A program made the position numbers and the translations under genes. The notes beneath the pieces were generated by a model. That model had not been told where the DNA came from. It saw only the letters and a program-made list of their open reading frames with translations, and made no database searches. Below are positions 59,601 through 64,000 of a stretch of DNA of 64,000 nucleotides, piece after piece. The stretch is from Nitrosopumilaceae archaeon (GTDB lineage Archaea; Thermoproteota; Nitrososphaeria; Nitrososphaerales; Nitrosopumilaceae): the NCBI GenBank assembly GCA_965208905.1, contig OZ242365.1:384001-448000 (forward strand), given 5' to 3'. How positions within the stretch are numbered: position 1 is the stretch's first letter; every line of letters starts with the position of its first letter.

Positions 59601-60263
59601 TCAAGAGCTCTTTTCCATACCCAACAGGGCGCCTAGAGTAAGCTGTTTACTCTCTCTTCGTTTAGTGAAACATCGTTGATAGTACTGGCACCCTTCACAA
59701 TCACTTGATGGCTCCACAATGGGGACCTTCTCTTCTTTTAGTAGGTCGCCTAGAACCCTTACCCGCCGTACTGTCTCCTCAAACATCTTTTTGTTGCGGG
59801 TCAGTGAGAAGGAGGACTCTCGTCTGTCCCCGGTTATGTAGACTATGATTCCATCCTCCTTGTCATACATCCACATGCAACTGTTCAGATACAGAAGGTC
59901 TCCGGCCCGAGGATTCTTGAGCTCGTCTGTGGCGGGTCGAAATAGTATTATGGCATCATCTGCCATCATATCGGCGCTACCCTTTAGTGTCACCTCGTCA
60001 ATGCTATATGACACCCGCTCCGAACCATACCCTAACTTTCTTAGCAGACCGGATATTAACTCACTAAAACCACTCTGTTCTTCTTCTATGGGATCCTTCC
60101 TGTTGTAGTATGACCTGCGCAGGCAGCCGACTACCTCCTCTAAATGTATGGTGTTGTTGTCTGTAGAGTCTATGTTTACCTCCAACTCCCGACCCAACGA
60201 CTCTATGGAATTTTTTATCAGACTACGATAGTCACGATCTCCCATCATAATATTATGATACAT
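59601..60263 (-). CDS. Solo Cas4-like (RecB-fold, 4-Cys) protein
   Basis: N-terminal GCLRRSYY and C-terminal CxxCxxxxxC; central GSAD with no clear ExK. Confidence 0.65.
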   Translation of the reverse strand: MYHNIMMGDRDYRSLIKNSIESLGRELEVNIDSTDNNTIHLEEVVGCLRRSYYNRKDPIEEEQSGFSELISGLLRKLGYGSERVSYSIDEVTLKGSADMMADDAIILFRPATDELKNPRAGDLLYLNSCMWMYDKEDGIIVYITGDRRESSFSLTRNKKMFEETVRRVRVLGDLLKEEKVPIVEPSSDCEGCQYYQRCFTKRRESKQLTLGALLGMEKSS

Positions 60264-60320
60264 AAAACAACTCTTATAATTGATGGGTTCTCCCCGTAGG
60301 TCTTAGACACTACAGAGATT

Positions 60321-61967
60321 GTGGTATCAGAGGGGCGCAGCCCAAACTTACAGAGAAAAAAAATCCCAAAGGAACCTATTATTAATGACCCAAAGACATT
60401 AGAAAAATTGGACGATATACGCGTCACATATTCAGGACTACTAGGACTTGCCGTCTCCATGGGAGGTATGTTTGCAGGGCTAGGCTTTACCATCATTGTC
60501 ACTAGGCAGCTGTCTCCTGAGGAGTTTGGTGTGTGGACCATTATAAGCAGCATGATCGCTTACTCTGTTATAGCCGAGACCGTAGTCTCCTACTGGACTA
60601 CTCGCCAGGTCGCCCGGGGGACGCCGGTGGCAAAGACGTCTGTGGTCTCTTCCTCACTCTTTGCTGGTGGTTCTATTCCTGTATATCTACTGTCCATACA
60701 CCTCTTTGCCACCAATATAGAGCCGGTCTTCTTTGACTCGATGCTTTTGGGGGCGATACTAATACCTGTAATGTTCATCCATTACACACTATCTGCCATA
60801 AACTTTGGACATAAACCACACGCCCTCAGCATTGGTACGGCTATCTATCAGGCCCTCAAGATACCCGCCGGATTTGTATTAGTATTCTCGCTTGGACTGG
60901 GAATAGAAGGTGCCATCTTGACACTATTTGCGGCACAGACTGTCAACCTTGTAATACAACTGCGTTACGCACTACCATACCTGAGAGTCTCATTAAACGT
61001 CTCGTATATGCGAGGATGGATTCGTCAGTCATGGCTGCCCCTCTACACCAACATACCTAGTGTACTGAGGGTTTTGGATATAATTTTGTACACTATGATT
61101 ACAGGTTCGGTAATTGGAGCCGCCTACTTTGCCGCAGCATCTGTGATATCTAGAGTAGTGGCTCGCGCAGGTATAGCCTCACAGGCAATCTACCCCAAAC
61201 TACTTGCTAAGGGGTCTCAAGACCACCTTACTGAGAATATGGCCCTCATGATGTACTTTGCCATCCCTCTTCTAACACTAACCACACTATTCTCTTATCA
61301 TATAATGTTCCTTCTTAACGCCGAATATGCTATAGCATGGGTGGCCGGAGTCCTCCTATCGGTAGCTGCATTCCTACAAACCATAAATAACTTCATCCGG
61401 CAGGTGTTAGCGGGTATTGATGATGTTGATGTTGTAGAGAACCCTTCTCTCTCCGCCTTACTAAAAAGCAAACTCTTTCATCTGGGTACCCTGGAGAATT
61501 TCTACTATGCAGTGTATCTTGCAATTCTAGTGGTGTTCTTGTACATGTTCATGGGGCAGTCAGATATGCAACTAGTTTTGGTATGGTCATCAATACTACT
61601 ATCTGTCACAGTTCCGTATCTACTATATCATGTAATATTAATTCGAAGACACGCACCCTTCCGAGTACCTTACCGAAGAATCCTATGTTATATGGGTGGC
61701 GTAGCAGGCATGGTGGTGGCATTTCTAGTCACAAATGATACCATAATAGTCTTTGATGAGAGCATATACGTCTACTTACCCAGACTACTCATCGAGGTGG
61801 CTATCTGCGGCGCAGTATATCTTGGTATTACTTTTGCAATAGACCATAAAACCCGGAGGCTAATCAAACTAATCCTCTTGGAGCTGACATCTCGCATGTT
61901 TTATATGAAAATTATGTTCGTTAATCATCGGTATCTCTCTCCATCCATTTTGGGTCCTTTTCTCTGA
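60321..61967 (+). CDS. Oligosaccharide flippase (Wzx/MATE-like); C-terminus altered by IS insertion
   Basis: About 14 TM helices, RQLSPEEFGVW and YPKLL motifs; original tail ELTSRTKQ* now lies at 62953-62979. Confidence 0.8.
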   Translation: MVSEGRSPNLQRKKIPKEPIINDPKTLEKLDDIRVTYSGLLGLAVSMGGMFAGLGFTIIVTRQLSPEEFGVWTIISSMIAYSVIAETVVSYWTTRQVARGTPVAKTSVVSSSLFAGGSIPVYLLSIHLFATNIEPVFFDSMLLGAILIPVMFIHYTLSAINFGHKPHALSIGTAIYQALKIPAGFVLVFSLGLGIEGAILTLFAAQTVNLVIQLRYALPYLRVSLNVSYMRGWIRQSWLPLYTNIPSVLRVLDIILYTMITGSVIGAAYFAAASVISRVVARAGIASQAIYPKLLAKGSQDHLTENMALMMYFAIPLLTLTTLFSYHIMFLLNAEYAIAWVAGVLLSVAAFLQTINNFIRQVLAGIDDVDVVENPSLSALLKSKLFHLGTLENFYYAVYLAILVVFLYMFMGQSDMQLVLVWSSILLSVTVPYLLYHVILIRRHAPFRVPYRRILCYMGGVAGMVVAFLVTNDTIIVFDESIYVYLPRLLIEVAICGAVYLGITFAIDHKTRRLIKLILLELTSRMFYMKIMFVNHRYLSPSILGPFL

Positions 61968-62950
61968 TCGCTTTTGTGGCCTTTCTGACAGAAAATGCCT
62001 GTAGTGGTGTCTCGTAGTTGTCAATATCCAACGAAAAGTGAAGTCTGCGCTCATTATAGTACTCTATATAGGAAGATAGACTATCATAATGATGTATCTC
62101 TGTCTCTATACTACCGTGAAAGCGTTCCAGTTTGCCGTTTGTCTGCGGATGATACGGTCGTGAGTTTATCATCTCGATTCCACGGTCTAACAACTCGGCC
62201 TCAAACGCAGTAGGCTTCCATTTGCCCTTAGGTGAATCGTCATGCCTTCTTCCCCCGTTAAAACACCTACCATTATCTGAGAGGATAGTGGCCGGTGTAC
62301 CAAATCTCGCTATTGCTTGTCGCAGCACATCTACTACGTTTTCTGAGGTGGCTTCCTTGAATAGGGCAGCACCCGTTATACACCTTGATGAATCATCTAG
62401 AAATGTGACTAGGTTGAGCCCTGCAAAGCGTTGATCCTTCATTATATGCCAGTCAACATGCCACATGGCATTGGAATATTTGCGCTCATACCTAACGTAT
62501 TTTCTTTTTTTGGATTTTGCTACAGATGATGTGACTAGTCCATGTTCTTTCATTATGCGATATATGGTGGCATAGCTTATATTCGGATTGTCTTTTCTGA
62601 CCCTCCTTGCTGTTCGTATGATGCCTACATCTTCCTCTGCATGTTTGTTCAACACGGTTCGGACCTCCTCTGCCGACGGTGGTGGGTGGACTGGCCGGCC
62701 TGGCTTTTGTTGCACGTGTATCTGTCCTGTTCTTGTAAACTCTGCACATAGTCGTCCTACATGTTGTGGTGTTACACCTATATCGTCTGCTATGTCAACA
62801 AGCGTCTTACCCTTACCACGTTCCCTTATGGCGTATCGTATCTGTTTATCCGTCAACTTTGTCATTTTCATCTTTTTTCGTGATCGATAAAGCGTGAAGT
62901 ATTCCTTTGCTTGCAACCAGAACTTAGTCGAACCTAATTTTTGTACAACA
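61897..62950 (-). mobile_element. IS481-family insertion sequence (apparently intact)
   Basis: TGT..ACA imperfect TIRs (TGTTTTATATGAAAATTATGTTCG and CGAACCTAATTTTTTGTACAACA); flanking 16-bp direct repeat GAGCTGACATCTCGCA. Confidence 0.88.
61921..62871 (-). CDS. IS481-family DDE transposase
   Basis: HTH, RYERKYSNAMWHVD, LDDSSR, ILSDNG, HPQTNGKLERF and YNERRLH motifs; start moved to ATG 62871 inside the element. Confidence 0.92.
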   Translation of the reverse strand: MKMTKLTDKQIRYAIRERGKGKTLVDIADDIGVTPQHVGRLCAEFTRTGQIHVQQKPGRPVHPPPSAEEVRTVLNKHAEEDVGIIRTARRVRKDNPNISYATIYRIMKEHGLVTSSVAKSKKRKYVRYERKYSNAMWHVDWHIMKDQRFAGLNLVTFLDDSSRCITGAALFKEATSENVVDVLRQAIARFGTPATILSDNGRCFNGGRRHDDSPKGKWKPTAFEAELLDRGIEMINSRPYHPQTNGKLERFHGSIETEIHHYDSLSSYIEYYNERRLHFSLDIDNYETPLQAFSVRKATKAIREKDPKWMERDTDD

Positions 62951-63022
62951 GAGAGCTGACATCTCGCACGAAACAATAATAGAGTTTATGCGTATTATAA
63001 AACCCGGCTACATTGGGTGGTC

Positions 63023-63985
63023 CTAGGATGAGTCAGCCAACAACAAATGTAATAGGGCGGCCCGTATGTCTTTGCCGTACCGGGCCTGCTCAAAGTATCT
63101 GGCATGTGAGGTGCCATCCACATCAGGAGATATCTCATCAAGTCGAGGTAGCGGATGCATTATTATGGCATCCTTCTTCATTCGACCGACTATATCCAAC
63201 CCCACAACGTAGCTGCCCCGCATCTTTTCATACTCTTCTTGATCTGTGAACCGTTCCCGCTGTATACGGGTAACATACAAGACATCCAACTCATCTATAC
63301 ACTCTTCAATATCGGTTATCTCTGTAAATGATATGCTTTTTCCTAGCTCAAATATGGATTCGGGTCGGATTTTAAGTGACTCTGGTGATATAAGGTATAC
63401 CTTTACATCATAATGGATTAGCGCATACAAAAGTGAGTAGACGGTTCTACCATGTTTTAAATCCCCAATAATTCCTATATTCAAGCCATCTACAGTACCC
63501 TTCTCTTTCTTTATGGTGTATATGTCCAACAAGGCCTGAGTAGGATGCTCTTCGGTGCCACTGGCAGCATTGATTATGGGCTTGTCAGAGATCTCGGCGG
63601 CAAACCGACTGGATCCATCAAGCGGATGTCTCAGTATTACCACATCCACGTATCCAGCCATTATGCGTATTGTATCTGCCAGACTCTCGCCTTTCTGAGT
63701 GGAGGCGGTTGCTGTATTTGAGAACCCCAATGAACTGCCACCTACAGACGCCATGGCCGCCTCAAAACTTAATCTGGTCCGTGTACTGGGCTCATAAAAG
63801 GCATACCCGAGTATCTTGCCTCGGCATAAACTGCTACGCTCTTCGTAGGATAGTTTTGATATGTAGTCTGCCGCGGTAAAGACAATCTCCAACTGGTCCC
63901 TTGTAAAATCTTTGATTGATATTATGTCGCGGATGTCGAGCCGGTTCATTGTATCATGGCTATATACAGCTACATATAATATCAT
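63023..63985 (-). CDS. pyrB: Aspartate carbamoyltransferase catalytic subunit
   Basis: FYEPSTRTRLSF, KGESLAD, HPTQALLD, GDLKHGRT, TRIQRER and HPLPR motifs. Confidence 0.96.
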   Translation of the reverse strand: MILYVAVYSHDTMNRLDIRDIISIKDFTRDQLEIVFTAADYISKLSYEERSSLCRGKILGYAFYEPSTRTRLSFEAAMASVGGSSLGFSNTATASTQKGESLADTIRIMAGYVDVVILRHPLDGSSRFAAEISDKPIINAASGTEEHPTQALLDIYTIKKEKGTVDGLNIGIIGDLKHGRTVYSLLYALIHYDVKVYLISPESLKIRPESIFELGKSISFTEITDIEECIDELDVLYVTRIQRERFTDQEEYEKMRGSYVVGLDIVGRMKKDAIIMHPLPRLDEISPDVDGTSHARYFEQARYGKDIRAALLHLLLADSS

Positions 63986-64000
63986 TCATATGGAGAGATC

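Noticed and set aside
58076-60263. Type V CRISPR-Cas locus (Cas12f plus Cas4)
   Set aside because: No array, cas1 or cas2, and the Cas4-like gene lies outside the TSD-bounded element.
61897-62950. IS481 transposase as mobiliser of the TnpB cassettes
   Set aside because: Its ends are TGT..ACA with a different sequence and repeat length, unlike the GG..CC ends with 8-bp TSDs.
111-63879. Numerous short antisense or overlapping ORFs in the track
   Set aside because: Shadows of well-supported genes with no independent motifs or promoters.

Overview
Chromosomal window of an ammonia-oxidising archaeon of the Nitrosopumilaceae type (Thaumarchaeota/Nitrososphaerota). This is inferred from PolD large and small subunits, Cdc6/Orc1, GGGP synthase, EgsA, proteasome beta, aCPSF1, SepF and the archaeal pantoate kinase/phosphopantothenate synthetase CoA route. 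The window contains the likely replication origin (ORB boxes upstream of cdc6), two tRNAs and many housekeeping genes. It is heavily invaded by mobile DNA, which suggests a host-associated or eroding genome. The main observation is five ~1.45-1.5 kb elements from three distinct families, each carrying only a TnpB RNA-guided nuclease gene with an intact RuvC D-E-D triad. Instead of IS200/IS605 or IS607 ends, they are bounded by GG...CC terminal inverted repeats (TIRs). Four of the five also have 8-bp target-site duplications (TSDs), the signature of DDE transposition (IS1595/ISNwi1-like ends in one family, IS6-like ends in the other two). A chimeric deletion derivative, two solo ends and a covarying 3' hairpin support an active TIR-TnpB system. 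Also present are two IS481-family elements (one with a 16-bp direct repeat), a dense TGTGAT motif array near oriC around a membrane-anchored wHTH gene, and a PfkB-dUTPase fusion. All calls come from reading the sequence; no database searches were run.
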